This document shows positions 1 to 9,806 of a stretch of DNA of 64,000 nt, in pieces. Below the pieces are notes generated by a model, which had not been told where the DNA came from, did no database searches, and saw only the letters and a program-made list of their open reading frames with translations. This DNA comes from an uncultured Pseudomonadales bacterium. GTDB taxonomy: Bacteria > Patescibacteriota > Microgenomatia > UBA1400 > PJMF01. The position numbers and the translations under genes were made by a program. The stretch lies in contig CAZMXT010000003.1 in NCBI GenBank assembly GCA_964570365.1, positions 3,339 to 67,338 of the forward strand, given 5' to 3'. Position 1 is the first letter of the stretch, and each line of letters starts with the position of its first letter.

Positions 1-641
1 ATAAAAACTGGTCGCCAATTATCTTCGCGCGAGTCTATCCACTTCTGCAACCACTGCGCTGCGCGCTCACTCAGGAACACCACACGTGGTCGCCGACCTT
101 TTCCAATTACTCCAAACTCTCTGCGATCGATGTCAACTTGGTCCCGATTCAAAGATGTTAGCTCGCTAACACGCAGGCCAGTGGAGAACAAAACTTCTAA
201 AATTGCTTTATCGCGCAAACCACCGACTGTTGTTAAATCTGGCTGAGTTAAGAGCCGCTCAATTTGCTCTAAGTTTAAAAACTTCATGGACATTGAGTCG
301 CCTTTAGGCAAGTCAATCTTTTCTGGGTTCAGCACCTCCAGGTCGTTCTTGATAAGCCACTTCAGCCATGATCTGAGTGCAATCATGTAAAAACTCTGAG
401 TTTTTTTAGATAGTGTTTGACCTTCTGGAGTTTCAAAGCGCGCTAAGTATAGTCGATATGAGCGCACTACGTCTGTCGTTAGCTCTCCCAAATGTAGTAA
501 GCCTTGCTCACTAAACCAGTCATTAAAGCGACGTAAGTAGTGGCCGTAGTTGCGAATAGTCAGCTTGCTCAAGTTCCTTTCCACCTCTAGATGCTCTAAA
601 AAGGCGATTGAGGCAACTGATGGGAGAGTAGAGATAGGCAT
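1..641 (-). CDS. Tyrosine recombinase, XerC/XerD family (5' part; gene continues beyond the left window edge)
   Basis: Manual minus-strand translation from ATG at 641..639 gives MPISTLPSVASIAFLEHLEVERNLSKLTIRNYGHYLRRFNDWF...LRDKAILEVLFSTGLRVSELTSLNRDQVD. This matches the N-terminal core-binding domain and the start of the catalytic domain of XerC/XerD. It was not in the ORF track because it is edge-truncated. Confidence 0.8.
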   Translation of the reverse strand, partial: MPISTLPSVASIAFLEHLEVERNLSKLTIRNYGHYLRRFNDWFSEQGLLHLGELTTDVVRSYRLYLARFETPEGQTLSKKTQSFYMIALRSWLKWLIKNDLEVLNPEKIDLPKGDSMSMKFLNLEQIERLLTQPDLTTVGGLRDKAILEVLFSTGLRVSELTSLNRDQVDIDRREFGVIGKGRRPRVVFLSERAAQWLQKWIDSREDNWRPVF

Positions 642-1922
642 AAAACTTCAATTATTATAGGTTTTTAGCAGAGATGCAGCAATTCTGCTAGGGTAGAGTG
701 GGCCAGATTCGCCCTGATACGTCAGGAGTTTTTAAGTACCATAGTAGTTGCACATCGAGTAGACTACTGATAACTTTTATCGAAAAATGGATAAAACTCC
801 AATTTTCCCACAAAACTAAGATGAATTCTTTAAAAACTCATTTATTGTGCGACGTATTGTAAAATTATTTTAGAGAATTTTTGCGCTGAGTGCAATACTC
901 ACAAAGAAAAATTGGATTCGACAAACGACTGGCTGTGATTCAAGAAAAAGATTAACTCCCACCAAAAAATTAATTTGAGAATGTCTAATTTTTTGTAGCA
1001 AGACAACTGTCTCAACTTGCTCAGACTTTTGCAAATTGCTTTTTAGGTTAAAGAAAGCCGGACATATGATCTATTACAGACATACTTACTCCCTTATTAA
1101 AAATAAGATTGACCTATCAATCCTATCTGGATAATAGGCCTCTGTAATCCTTAAAATCGGCTTTTTATTTCTTTAATGACTCTTAGGTCCTGGGTAAATG
1201 TAGCATCTCAGGGTACTCATCGAAAAAACTTGGAAAATCTGAAGAATCTGCCGGAACTTGATAATATCAGCGAGAAATCCAAGTATGAAGGAGCATTTTG
1301 CTAGAAATGTATCTCTGCCTGGTACATAAAATGCCTAATAATACACAGTCAGAGATCTAGTTACTCGAGACAAAATTAACTCAGTTGCACTTTCACCCAT
1401 CTTTAATGTCGCAAAAGTTATATTGTGCGACGTTGTTAATTCAATAAATACGCCCTCTCCACCACCAGAGAAGAAGTACCTACCACTTATTTTTTTTAAT
1501 AATTACGTAAGACCTCTATGTACCTCTGGAATCGGTACATCTCCAGCCTATTTCAGCCCGATCGAGAATTTCCAAAAATCCCTTTTAAAAAGTCTCAAAA
1601 CCTCTAAAAATGGCTTCGGGTTATTTACTTTTGTTGCTAAGCAACAACCTACTCGAGAAGAGCAGCTAACCACCAGATATAGCACTAGTATTCGCCCTTC
1701 AAGGGTATTAACGCATATTTCCAGGCATAAATAAAAAGTTATACACAATTCGAGAGGGATTACAAAGGGTGGACGTCCTATAATTTTCACGACTTAACTC
1801 AGGCGTAAGCAAAGAGTATGAAGTCATTAGTATATCAAACTATATCACTTCCCTCTTCTCTACCTGGTATTTATTCTTGCAACGCTCTTCTCCACCTTCG
1901 GGAATTACCCAGCATTTCTGGT

Positions 1923-2690
1923 CTATTTCCAGGGTAAAAGCAGAAAAAATAGCATAATAAGAAATGCTCCAACACCTGAAAACTCAATCATAGTGTTCCT
2001 GAACAGTCGTTCTTGGAGGTAATTCTGTAGTAACCCAAGGCCAATGTACAGAAAAGTCATCAAGAACAAGGCTGTATTCCAGACAGAAAATGGCAAGAAT
2101 GAGAAAGCCACCGCCAGCTCAACCATTAGTAAGGTAAAAATAACGCTTAACTGGACAATTTTCGGCTCGATCCGCGGCTCTAACTTGACTGACCAGAGGA
2201 AGAGAAAGATTAACGGAAAATGTAGGACTCCCACCAGGAGGCCATTAAAAAAGAATGGTAAGCGATGCGAGAAAATGGTATTGAGGAAAAGTAGGGACGT
2301 AAATAAAGTAAAAAAGAGACCAATTGTATGGGCTGCTCGAAGTAACTGGATGGTTCTCCCCTTCGCGACTGAGTAAATATTGGCAGTCAGATATAACGCG
2401 TAGGTTCCTAAACCAAAGATGAAGAGGTCAAAGAATTTACTCAAAATATTCTCGGGAAGAAGAAAATAGAACGCTCCCACAGCTGAGGCATACAGCGCTG
2501 GGATGGGAATAATTGTGAACCACTCAATCTTCTGCAGATCATTTGAGAGCGCCCAGGCAGAAATAAAATAGGTCAGGATGCCAAATAGTGCGACAAAGGG
2601 ATATCTCCACTCCAAAGAGACGTACTGGACGCTAAACAGGCCCAAACTGAGCAAAATTGATGCCAAGACAAATTTTTCGCGTCTGCGCAT
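1923..2690 (-). CDS. Polytopic integral membrane protein, function unknown
   Basis: 255-aa ORF, very hydrophobic with 7-8 predicted TM helices. No family motif recognised. Confidence 0.55.
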   Translation of the reverse strand: MRRREKFVLASILLSLGLFSVQYVSLEWRYPFVALFGILTYFISAWALSNDLQKIEWFTIIPIPALYASAVGAFYFLLPENILSKFFDLFIFGLGTYALYLTANIYSVAKGRTIQLLRAAHTIGLFFTLFTSLLFLNTIFSHRLPFFFNGLLVGVLHFPLIFLFLWSVKLEPRIEPKIVQLSVIFTLLMVELAVAFSFLPFSVWNTALFLMTFLYIGLGLLQNYLQERLFRNTMIEFSGVGAFLIMLFFLLLPWK

Positions 2691-3248
2691 CTACTCTTTT
2701 CCTTCCCAGATACCTGCGCAAAAAACATCTTCGACGTCTTCATTATCACGAAGGGTGTTGATTAGGTCCTCAAGTTTTTCTTGTTGTTCTAGGTCAGTAA
2801 CTTCCATCGGAATAGTAATCTGGAACTCATCTCCATGGCGTTGAAAAAGATACATGGCTGAGCCTGGTCCTCCCAGTGATCCCCCAGCTTTACTGAGGAT
2901 AGCGCGAACCGCGCCCGCGGTTCGCTGCGGGTTGTCGCTTTGCGCCATGATAATAATTCCTACTCCTGGCGGCGCAAAGCCTTCGTAAATGATCTCTTGA
3001 ATTTGACCACCCTTCCCTTTTCCTAGTCCCCGCTCAATTGCCCGCAGCACATTCTCATTTGGCATATTGGCAGCCCTTGCTTTTTCGACGGCTAGACGGA
3101 GAGATGGGCTGGCTTTGGGATCTCCAGACTTCCCCTCTTTTACGGCAATTCTAATATTCTTGGCTAGTTGGCTGAAGAGCTTCCCTTTTTGGGCATCTGC
3201 CGCCCCTTTGCGGTTCTTAATATTGTTCCATTTACTGTGTCCGGACAT
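2691..3248 (-). CDS. YebC/PmpR (TACO1) family DNA-binding regulator, short form
   Basis: N-terminus MSGHSKWNNIKNRKGAADAQKGKLFSQLAKNI matches the hallmark YebC start (MAGHSKWANIKHRK). 185 aa, shorter than the typical ~240 aa. Confidence 0.8.
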   Translation of the reverse strand: MSGHSKWNNIKNRKGAADAQKGKLFSQLAKNIRIAVKEGKSGDPKASPSLRLAVEKARAANMPNENVLRAIERGLGKGKGGQIQEIIYEGFAPPGVGIIIMAQSDNPQRTAGAVRAILSKAGGSLGGPGSAMYLFQRHGDEFQITIPMEVTDLEQQEKLEDLINTLRDNEDVEDVFCAGIWEGKE

Positions 3249-3340
3249 ATAGTTTCTATTTTAGCACGCAAGTACTTTCTTGCTTGTTTGGGGATTTTTT
3301 TCACCAGATCTATGGTCTTTTTTTTACTTGAGTTTGTTGG

Positions 3341-3369
3341 TTGACATTTTGCCCTGAGACTCGTATCCT
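3341..3369 (+). promoter_or_regulatory. Candidate sigma70-type promoter (TTGACA-17nt-TATCCT) upstream of the TPR-like gene
   Basis: TTGACA at 3341-3346, 17-nt spacer, TATCCT at 3364-3369, about 95 nt upstream of the ATG at 3463. Confidence 0.3.
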
Positions 3370-3462
3370 TTTGGCCAATTTGCAGGTGGGTTTTTCTGCT
3401 TCTAACCAGGCGAAAATCTACTACTATACACTTGCCCAAAGTGCAAAGAGACGAAGGAAAAA

Positions 3463-4260
3463 ATGAATAACAACTCGACCTCCCTTGAGTTACAAGCCAT
3501 CCAAGCAGCTAAAACTCAAGATTGGGAAGCTGCTATCGAGTGCAACCAAGCGATGATCGTTGAGAATAGTCAAGATATAAACGCCATGATCCGTTTAGGC
3601 GTGGCACAAGCACAGCTTGGTGAAAACAAAAAAGCCAAGGAAGCATTCCAACAAGCCTTAGAACATGATAAATCCAACCAGCTCGCTAAGAAGCACTTAC
3701 AGAAACTGCAAAATAACCAGACTATTACTCTCTCTACCCTGCCCAGTGATGAGCAGTTCATCGAGGAACCGGGCAAGACGAAGACCGCTGACCTCCATCG
3801 CCTCGCTGGCAAGGAACAACTGGACGGGCTGTCAGTCGGAATGGTCTGTGACCTCAAACCCAAAAACCGCTTTATCTCTGTTGAGGTTAGTGGAAAGTAC
3901 ATTGGTTCTCTGCCAGAAGACCTCTCAAGTCGATTGTCTAAGCTTATCAAAGGTGGCAACACCTATATCTGCTATATTCGCTCAGTGAGCATGAACTCTT
4001 GTGGCGTCTTCATTAAAGAACTTGAACGCTCACCAAATCAGGAGTATGTCAACTCTTTCCCAGTAGCGAAGAGTCAAATGGCCACGATTAACGACATGTT
4101 TACTGATGAGAGTATTCCATTAGAGATGGAGGATATTCCCCTCCAAATTGTTGAGACAGACACCGATGAAGAACGCACTAGTACTGATAGCTTCCAGATT
4201 GAGGAACCAGAACACCCTGAAGAGTCTGAAGACCGCGATCAGGAACGGGAACGAGACTAA
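3463..4260 (+). CDS. Hypothetical protein with N-terminal TPR-like helical repeats and an acidic C-terminal tail
   Basis: The N-terminal ~90 aa look like TPR-like helices (…AMIRLGVAQAQLGENKKAKEAFQQALEHDKSN…). The C-terminal 50 aa are D/E-rich. The middle region (…GMVCDLKPKNRFISVEV…) may be HIRAN-like, but this is uncertain. Confidence 0.5.
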   Translation: MNNNSTSLELQAIQAAKTQDWEAAIECNQAMIVENSQDINAMIRLGVAQAQLGENKKAKEAFQQALEHDKSNQLAKKHLQKLQNNQTITLSTLPSDEQFIEEPGKTKTADLHRLAGKEQLDGLSVGMVCDLKPKNRFISVEVSGKYIGSLPEDLSSRLSKLIKGGNTYICYIRSVSMNSCGVFIKELERSPNQEYVNSFPVAKSQMATINDMFTDESIPLEMEDIPLQIVETDTDEERTSTDSFQIEEPEHPEESEDRDQERERD

Positions 4261-4291
4261 ACCACCAGCAGCCTGTCTTACAGCAGCTGGC

Positions 4292-5299
4292 TTAACGCAA
4301 CTCTTTCGCCAAATCCTGACCTAAGAACAGATGCACATTGACGCGATTGGTTGCCCACAGGTCAGCTTGCTCTTCGACTTCCACCTTGAATGGGAAAAGA
4401 TTTAAGGCATGGTTAACCACTTCGGTACAACTCTCCATACTTGGATCCAGCTTAATGACACTTTTTTCTTGAGACGTCTGTTCATCAGTGACTCGAATCA
4501 CGGCAAAACCACTTTGTTCAAGAACTTTTGACACTCCAGTTCCCATTCCAGCTTGCGTTGTAGTGTTAGTGATTCCAATTCGGCAATCTTTTAGGTCATT
4601 TCCAAAAACAAAGCTGGCCAGCTGTCTTTGGTCCAATGTACGTGGAGTTACCTGATTAAAAAATCGGAACAGCCAGACACGATCCAACAAACCCAACTGC
4701 CCATCTGCCGAAGCATGAACTCTCCCTAGTAAAATTTTTCTACTCAGTCTAGAAGCTAGGTCTCGATCTTCCCCAATAAATAAAGCCTCGTCCCCGCTCC
4801 ACCAAACTTGGTTGACCACCTTTCCAAGCGCGTGCGAGTATGCGGCGCGCAGAAAAGGCGTATCTTTTTTTTCTAGACTTAAGAGTGGATATAAGGAACG
4901 AACTGGGTATTGGCCATAACCGCCAATTACTTTAGCGCTAGAATCTGCTGGAAGAAGAACGGCCTCTATTTTCTTGGTTTTTGGAGAAATATGTGCAAGT
5001 ATAATTTTATTGGCTTGTACGTCCGTATCTATAGGAACGATCACAATATTCTGATCACTTTGATTGCTCCAACTCGGGCCAAAAAATACAAATAATAATA
5101 GGAAAATGATTCCCACAACCACGCCTAATAGCAATAAAAGCTTCAAAAGTGTGCCGAAGAGTTGAGAGAAAATATTGCTCCTATTATTACCACTTGAAGA
5201 ACGAGCTCTGCGCGCAGATAAGGCCCTTTTTGGACGGACGAGTGAGTAAGACGGAATGGCCTTGGAGTTACTACGAGCTACTCTACGACGCTTGATCAT
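4292..5299 (-). CDS. LytR-CpsA-Psr (LCP) family-like cell-envelope protein with an N-terminal membrane anchor
   Basis: Basic N-terminus, one TM segment, then ...NKIILAHISPKTKKIEAVLLPADS..., which resembles the LCP core motif (DTIMLVxIDPKTKKxxLLSIPRD). Confidence 0.5.
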   Translation of the reverse strand: MIKRRRVARSNSKAIPSYSLVRPKRALSARRARSSSGNNRSNIFSQLFGTLLKLLLLLGVVVGIIFLLLFVFFGPSWSNQSDQNIVIVPIDTDVQANKIILAHISPKTKKIEAVLLPADSSAKVIGGYGQYPVRSLYPLLSLEKKDTPFLRAAYSHALGKVVNQVWWSGDEALFIGEDRDLASRLSRKILLGRVHASADGQLGLLDRVWLFRFFNQVTPRTLDQRQLASFVFGNDLKDCRIGITNTTTQAGMGTGVSKVLEQSGFAVIRVTDEQTSQEKSVIKLDPSMESCTEVVNHALNLFPFKVEVEEQADLWATNRVNVHLFLGQDLAKELR

Positions 5300-6495
5300 T
5301 GCTCTATTAAGAGCTGTCTGAGCTGCTCAGTCAAGCGGACCATCAGCCTGACATTATGTATTGAGGCCAAGCGATAATAGGTTAGCTCCTGGCATTTATA
5401 CAAGTGGTGCAGATAGGCGCGGGTATATCCAAACCGGCAAGTAGAACAATCGCAGCCAGGCAGCAAGGTTTGTGAGTCTTTTGCAAAAACGCTATTACCA
5501 ATATTAATCCTTGCCTTTGGAAACTCCGACACAAACTCTGGCTGGCCATCCACCATCTCCAGCTTCCCGGAGTAAATTGCCCCATTTCTGGCCAATCGAG
5601 TTGGTGCGACACAGTCAAACATGTCAAAGCCAGCCATTACGGCGTCTATCAGATTTTGAGGGTCATTACCTAAACCCATGGCATAACGAGGTTTTTCAGT
5701 TGGTAAGACGTCCTGCAGCTGCCCCATTAAACTAACTGTCATCTCCATGTTGTAGCCAATTGTCTCTCCCCCTACAGCTACCCCATCAAAATCAAGACCT
5801 GCAATGACTTTGGCAGATTCACGTCGAAGCTCAAGATGTTGCGCGCCTTGGACAATCCCAAACAAAGCCTGGTACTTGCCATAGACACTCAAACGCTGCT
5901 GTTGCTCCCAATACTGACGACACTGGGCAGCCCAGCGGTGGGTTCGATCAAGTGCTTCTTTGGTGTACTCAGGGCTGGCTGTGTCTGGTGTGCACTCGTC
6001 AAAGGCCATAATAATATCTGCCCCGATTTGACGCTGGAGCTCAATCGCTTTCTCAGGCGTAAAAAGATGTGTACTCCCATCAAGGTGAGAAGTAAACTCC
6101 ACTCCATGCTCAAAGATCTTGGCTTCCTTAAATGATGGTCCCCCATGAGCGGGCACACTGTTTTTATTTCGACGTTGCTGCTGGCCCAGAGAGAAAACTT
6201 GAAACCCACCAGAATCCGTTAACATTGGCTTGGTCCACCTCATGAATTCGTGTACACCACCTTGCTGCTGCAATCGCTCCATGCCTGGTCGGAGATATAA
6301 ATGGTAGGTATTTGCCAAAATAATCTGGGCTTGGGTTTGCTCAATGTCTTTGGTATCCAGAGCCTTCACCGTGGCTAATGTTCCCACCGGCATAAAAATT
6401 GGCGTTTCTACTCTGCCGTGCGGCGTCACAAAGTTGCCCACTCGACCAAACTTGGTCTCTTTTTCTAACGTAAAACTAAATTTAGACATCTGCAA
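5296..6495 (-). CDS. tgt: Queuine tRNA-ribosyltransferase
   Basis: 399 aa with the typical Tgt N-terminus (...TPHGxxETPxFMPVGTxxxVK...), catalytic Asp region and C-terminal zinc site CDCSTCRFGYTRAYLHHL. Confidence 0.9.
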   Translation of the reverse strand: MQMSKFSFTLEKETKFGRVGNFVTPHGRVETPIFMPVGTLATVKALDTKDIEQTQAQIILANTYHLYLRPGMERLQQQGGVHEFMRWTKPMLTDSGGFQVFSLGQQQRRNKNSVPAHGGPSFKEAKIFEHGVEFTSHLDGSTHLFTPEKAIELQRQIGADIIMAFDECTPDTASPEYTKEALDRTHRWAAQCRQYWEQQQRLSVYGKYQALFGIVQGAQHLELRRESAKVIAGLDFDGVAVGGETIGYNMEMTVSLMGQLQDVLPTEKPRYAMGLGNDPQNLIDAVMAGFDMFDCVAPTRLARNGAIYSGKLEMVDGQPEFVSEFPKARINIGNSVFAKDSQTLLPGCDCSTCRFGYTRAYLHHLYKCQELTYYRLASIHNVRLMVRLTEQLRQLLIEQ

Positions 6496-6529
6496 ATTGT
6501 ACCAGGCTATTCGAGTATAATTACCACTT

Positions 6530-7720
6530 ATGCATACTTTAGCTGATATCGAGTTCCACCTACCCCCTGACCGAATCGCACATTCGCCTGTTCATCCTCG
6601 AGATCATAGCCGTCTGCTTCGATTGAAACGCGACTCTGGAGAGATTACCCATCACCACTTCTACTCTCTACTTGATTTATTGACAGATCAAGACGTGATC
6701 GTTCGCAATAATACTAAGGTGATGCCGGCCCGCATCTTTGGCCAAAAAGTCACCAGCGGCAGCTCTCCGGCCGTCCGCCAGGCTTCGCTTGGCGGCAGCT
6801 CTCCGGCCGTCCGCCAGGCTTCGCTTGGCGGTAAGTGCGAGTTACTCCTAGTTCGACAACTGGCCATCTCTGCTTCCACCACTACCTGGGAGTGTCTTAC
6901 CAAGCCTGGACTCAAGTTGGGACACGTTATTCACTTCCCTTCTTCCAACATGATTGCTACTTGTACAGAAATTACAGAATATACTCGAAAAATGGAATTT
7001 TCGTTCTCTGTTAATGATTTTTTTACTGAAATAGAAAAAATTGGCCTGACCCCTATTCCCCCATATATCAAGTGGTCATCTGGAGATGAAGCAGCACTCA
7101 GACAGCTTTACCAGACTACCTACGCGAAGGTCATGGGCTCAGTTGCAGCACCAACGGCTGGCCTCCACTTCACCCCTGAACTAGATGAAAAACTGAGAAA
7201 CAAAGGAGTCCAGATCGAAGAAGTGACTCTACACGTCGGCCTGGGTACATTCTTACCACTTCAGGACTCACAACTCCAGGCTGGGAAGCTCCATCCAGAG
7301 TCTTATTCGGTTCGTCCTGAAGTGGCCCAGCGACTTAACTCCGCCAAAAATGCTGGCAAAAAAATCCTCTCGGTTGGGACCACGACCACTCGGGTACTTG
7401 AGACTTGTGCAAATGAGCGAGGGCTGATTTCACCAGGTGAAGGTCAGACTGAACTTTTTATTCAACCAGGTGATCGCTTTCGCTTTGTTGACAAGTTGAT
7501 TACTAATTTCCATTTGCCGAAGTCCAGCTTGCTCTTTTTAGTGAGTGCGTTCGTCAGCAGGCCAAACACAGATCAAGAATTTCATAGCTTTATTGATTCA
7601 TCCGTTGGGAAAGCCTATCTCGAAGCTATCCAGCACGAGTATCGTTTTTATAGCTTTGGTGATGCGATGTTAATTGAAACAAATATTGCAGTACCAGCTA
7701 GCCTAGCTCAACCCACCTAG
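6530..7720 (+). CDS. queA: S-adenosylmethionine:tRNA ribosyltransferase-isomerase
   Basis: QueA-like blocks (…VMPARIFG…, …IPPYIKW…, …AAPTAGLHFT…, …SVGTTTTRVLE…, …NFHLPKSSLLFLVSAF…). It contains an in-frame 2x36-bp tandem repeat insertion. It is divergent from tgt. Confidence 0.85.
   Translation: MHTLADIEFHLPPDRIAHSPVHPRDHSRLLRLKRDSGEITHHHFYSLLDLLTDQDVIVRNNTKVMPARIFGQKVTSGSSPAVRQASLGGSSPAVRQASLGGKCELLLVRQLAISASTTTWECLTKPGLKLGHVIHFPSSNMIATCTEITEYTRKMEFSFSVNDFFTEIEKIGLTPIPPYIKWSSGDEAALRQLYQTTYAKVMGSVAAPTAGLHFTPELDEKLRNKGVQIEEVTLHVGLGTFLPLQDSQLQAGKLHPESYSVRPEVAQRLNSAKNAGKKILSVGTTTTRVLETCANERGLISPGEGQTELFIQPGDRFRFVDKLITNFHLPKSSLLFLVSAFVSRPNTDQEFHSFIDSSVGKAYLEAIQHEYRFYSFGDAMLIETNIAVPASLAQPT
6761..6832. 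repeat. Perfect-in-frame 2 x 36-bp tandem direct repeat inside queA (35/36 nt identical)
   Basis: agctctccggccgtccgccaggcttcgcttggcggc (6761-6796) is repeated at 6797-6832 with one mismatch. It encodes SSPAVRQASLGG twice and is GC-rich relative to its flanks. Confidence 0.9.
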
Positions 7721-8543
7721 GAATTTGGTATTGATCGGGCATTACTTTCACCCTCTCCCACCCCGCCTGTTTCGCCATTTTTTCGATCTGATTTTCTTGG
7801 CCTTTGCCAAACTCAAGTATCACCTTCCCACTAATTTTTAGGTACTTTTTTGAATTTAAAATAATTTCTTCAATCAATCCTAAACCTCCTTTTTGAGCAA
7901 ATAATGCCTCTGGCGGTTCAAACTTCAAATCGCCCGAATGTTCTGCTTCTGGATTTATGTATGGTGGGTTCGTTAGGATGTAGTCAAACTGCCCAGAAAT
8001 CGCTTCAAACAAGTTTCCTACTTTGACTGTGAATCGGTCTACAGAAATTTTATTCAGCTCTAAGTTGAGCGTGGTTTGACTAACGGCTGAGGCCGAAATA
8101 TCACTAAAAGTCACCACCGCATCAGGAATGGCCTGAAGCAGGCTAATCCCAATACAACCAGAACCACAACATACGTCCAGAACTCTGAGCGTTTGAGCAG
8201 CATCTTGCTCTACGGCTTGGGGCCGAGGCAAAAGTTCAGCTTCCGTCAGTATTTCAGAAATCACTTGCTCAACCCAGAACTCGGTTTCTGGCCGCGGGAT
8301 TAAGGTTCGCTCGGAAAGATCGATGTGCGCTTGTAAAAATGGCACCCAGCCAATCACATAGGCTAAAGGCTCGCCTCCGGCGAGCCGCTGCAAGTCTTGA
8401 CTCAACTCAACTGCTGCTTCTCCCCCTTTTTGCTCCAAGACCTGCTGCTGCGCCAATTCTGCCGTTGCCCCAGCTAGGCACACGACGCCATACTTATCTC
8501 GGAGTAACCACCTGAGTGCAGCTTCATTCATACAGTTCGGCAC
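7698..8543 (-). CDS. prmC: Release-factor glutamine N5-methyltransferase (HemK/PrmC)
   Basis: SAM-binding motif VLDVCCGSGCIG and catalytic NPPY motif (ILTNPPYI). Confidence 0.85.
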   Translation of the reverse strand: MPNCMNEAALRWLLRDKYGVVCLAGATAELAQQQVLEQKGGEAAVELSQDLQRLAGGEPLAYVIGWVPFLQAHIDLSERTLIPRPETEFWVEQVISEILTEAELLPRPQAVEQDAAQTLRVLDVCCGSGCIGISLLQAIPDAVVTFSDISASAVSQTTLNLELNKISVDRFTVKVGNLFEAISGQFDYILTNPPYINPEAEHSGDLKFEPPEALFAQKGGLGLIEEIILNSKKYLKISGKVILEFGKGQENQIEKMAKQAGWERVKVMPDQYQIPRWVELG

Positions 8544-9392
8544 TTACGCTATTTCTACTAGATAGGAAAGTACTTTCTTTAAATCAGTCGGCAACTTGGC
8601 AGTAAAAGTTTGCAGGACTGCCGTTCGAGGGTGCGTAAACTGCAGCTCAGTCGCATGCAAAAATAATCTTGGACACCACAGCCGATCGAGTACTTCTCGC
8701 TTTTTTCCTAAGTATGTGGGATCCGCCACAATAGGATGGCGTAAGTGACTCAAATGAACTCGGATTTGGTGAGTCCGACCTGTCTTGGGCCAGCACTTGA
8801 CGAGCGAAAAACCTTGATACGAGTTCGTAACTTTTTTTCTAAAATTTCTGATCTTCTCAGTTTCTGCCAAAATGGCAGGGTCCTCCAACATTTCAACGGG
8901 TTTCAAGCCTGAATAGAGCTGGGTCACTTGATACTTGGTTTCGGCCGCACGACCTTCAGGATCCACCGCAAACTTAGTTCGATTCTCTGGAGACCGCTTG
9001 AGTGGCAACGAGATGGTATCTTCCAAAACTGTAAACTTGCCATGGACCAGCGCCTGGTACATCTTCTGTGTTTGGCGCAAGCGGAACTGCCGCAAAAGGT
9101 TGACTAAGCTGCCAGGGTTTTTGGCTAAAACCATCACACCACTAGTTTCTCTATCGAGGCGATGGACAATTCCCCCTCGCTCCTCAAAAATACTCTCTGG
9201 AGAACCATACTCGACTACAAAATCAGTCGGTACCATCCCCTCCCAGTCAATGTTTCCCGGAAACTGGGACTTCCACCAACCCTGAATCGTCTCTTCCTGA
9301 ACAGTTTCGGCATCATTGACCACAACTCCTGCCGGTTTATTGATTACGGCCAGATCTTGATCTTCATAAATGACTTCAATGTTTTTGATCAT
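8544..9392 (-). CDS. RluA-family 23S rRNA/tRNA pseudouridine synthase (RluD-like)
   Basis: Catalytic motif HRLDRETSGVMVLAKN and the overall RluA-family architecture. Confidence 0.85.
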   Translation of the reverse strand: MIKNIEVIYEDQDLAVINKPAGVVVNDAETVQEETIQGWWKSQFPGNIDWEGMVPTDFVVEYGSPESIFEERGGIVHRLDRETSGVMVLAKNPGSLVNLLRQFRLRQTQKMYQALVHGKFTVLEDTISLPLKRSPENRTKFAVDPEGRAAETKYQVTQLYSGLKPVEMLEDPAILAETEKIRNFRKKVTNSYQGFSLVKCWPKTGRTHQIRVHLSHLRHPIVADPTYLGKKREVLDRLWCPRLFLHATELQFTHPRTAVLQTFTAKLPTDLKKVLSYLVEIA

Positions 9393-9804
9393 GTTGTACT
9401 TGAGTTAGTAGTACTGTAACCAATACCCCTACTATTACCCAGTCCGCTATATTATTCTGGATCTTCAGTCCAGGTACATGTATCCAATCAACTACTGCCC
9501 CAGATCTGACTCGATCAAAAATATTGCTCGAGGCTGCACCAAAAAAAGCTCCTGCCAAAACTGGCCGTGCTCGCCAAAAAGACTGCCAGCACCAGGCGGA
9601 GAAACCAATAAAAGCCACCAATAGCACCGTAAGCAACCAACTTGGTACACCTGCCAGAATACCCAGCGATACCCCAGAATTCAAACTAAAATCCCCTCTT
9701 TGAACTGCCCAGTTCTTAGTCACTTGATCAAGAATCAGCACTAAAAAAAACAGGCTCAAAAACCGTTGCAACTGCGACCTAGCTAAAGTAGTAATTTGAA
9801 TCAT
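9376..9804 (-). CDS. lspA: Lipoprotein signal peptidase (signal peptidase II)
   Basis: 142-aa membrane protein with DQVTK and NSGVSLG (NxGxAFG-like) motifs plus a FDRVRSGAVVDW block. It is immediately downstream of lgt. Confidence 0.8.
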   Translation of the reverse strand: MIQITTLARSQLQRFLSLFFLVLILDQVTKNWAVQRGDFSLNSGVSLGILAGVPSWLLTVLLVAFIGFSAWCWQSFWRARPVLAGAFFGAASSNIFDRVRSGAVVDWIHVPGLKIQNNIADWVIVGVLVTVLLTQVQHDQKH

Positions 9805-9806
9805 TT

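Noticed and set aside
1035-1060. RNase P RNA-like motif (gaaagccggac) in the non-coding tract
   Set aside because: It is only a partial resemblance to the GGAAAGUCCGG P4 element, with no surrounding conserved helices.
1423-1790. Track ORFs 1423..1734 (+) and 1548..1790 (-) in the AT-rich tract
   Set aside because: Their composition is low-complexity, with no motif, no RBS and mutual overlap. I treated them as non-coding.
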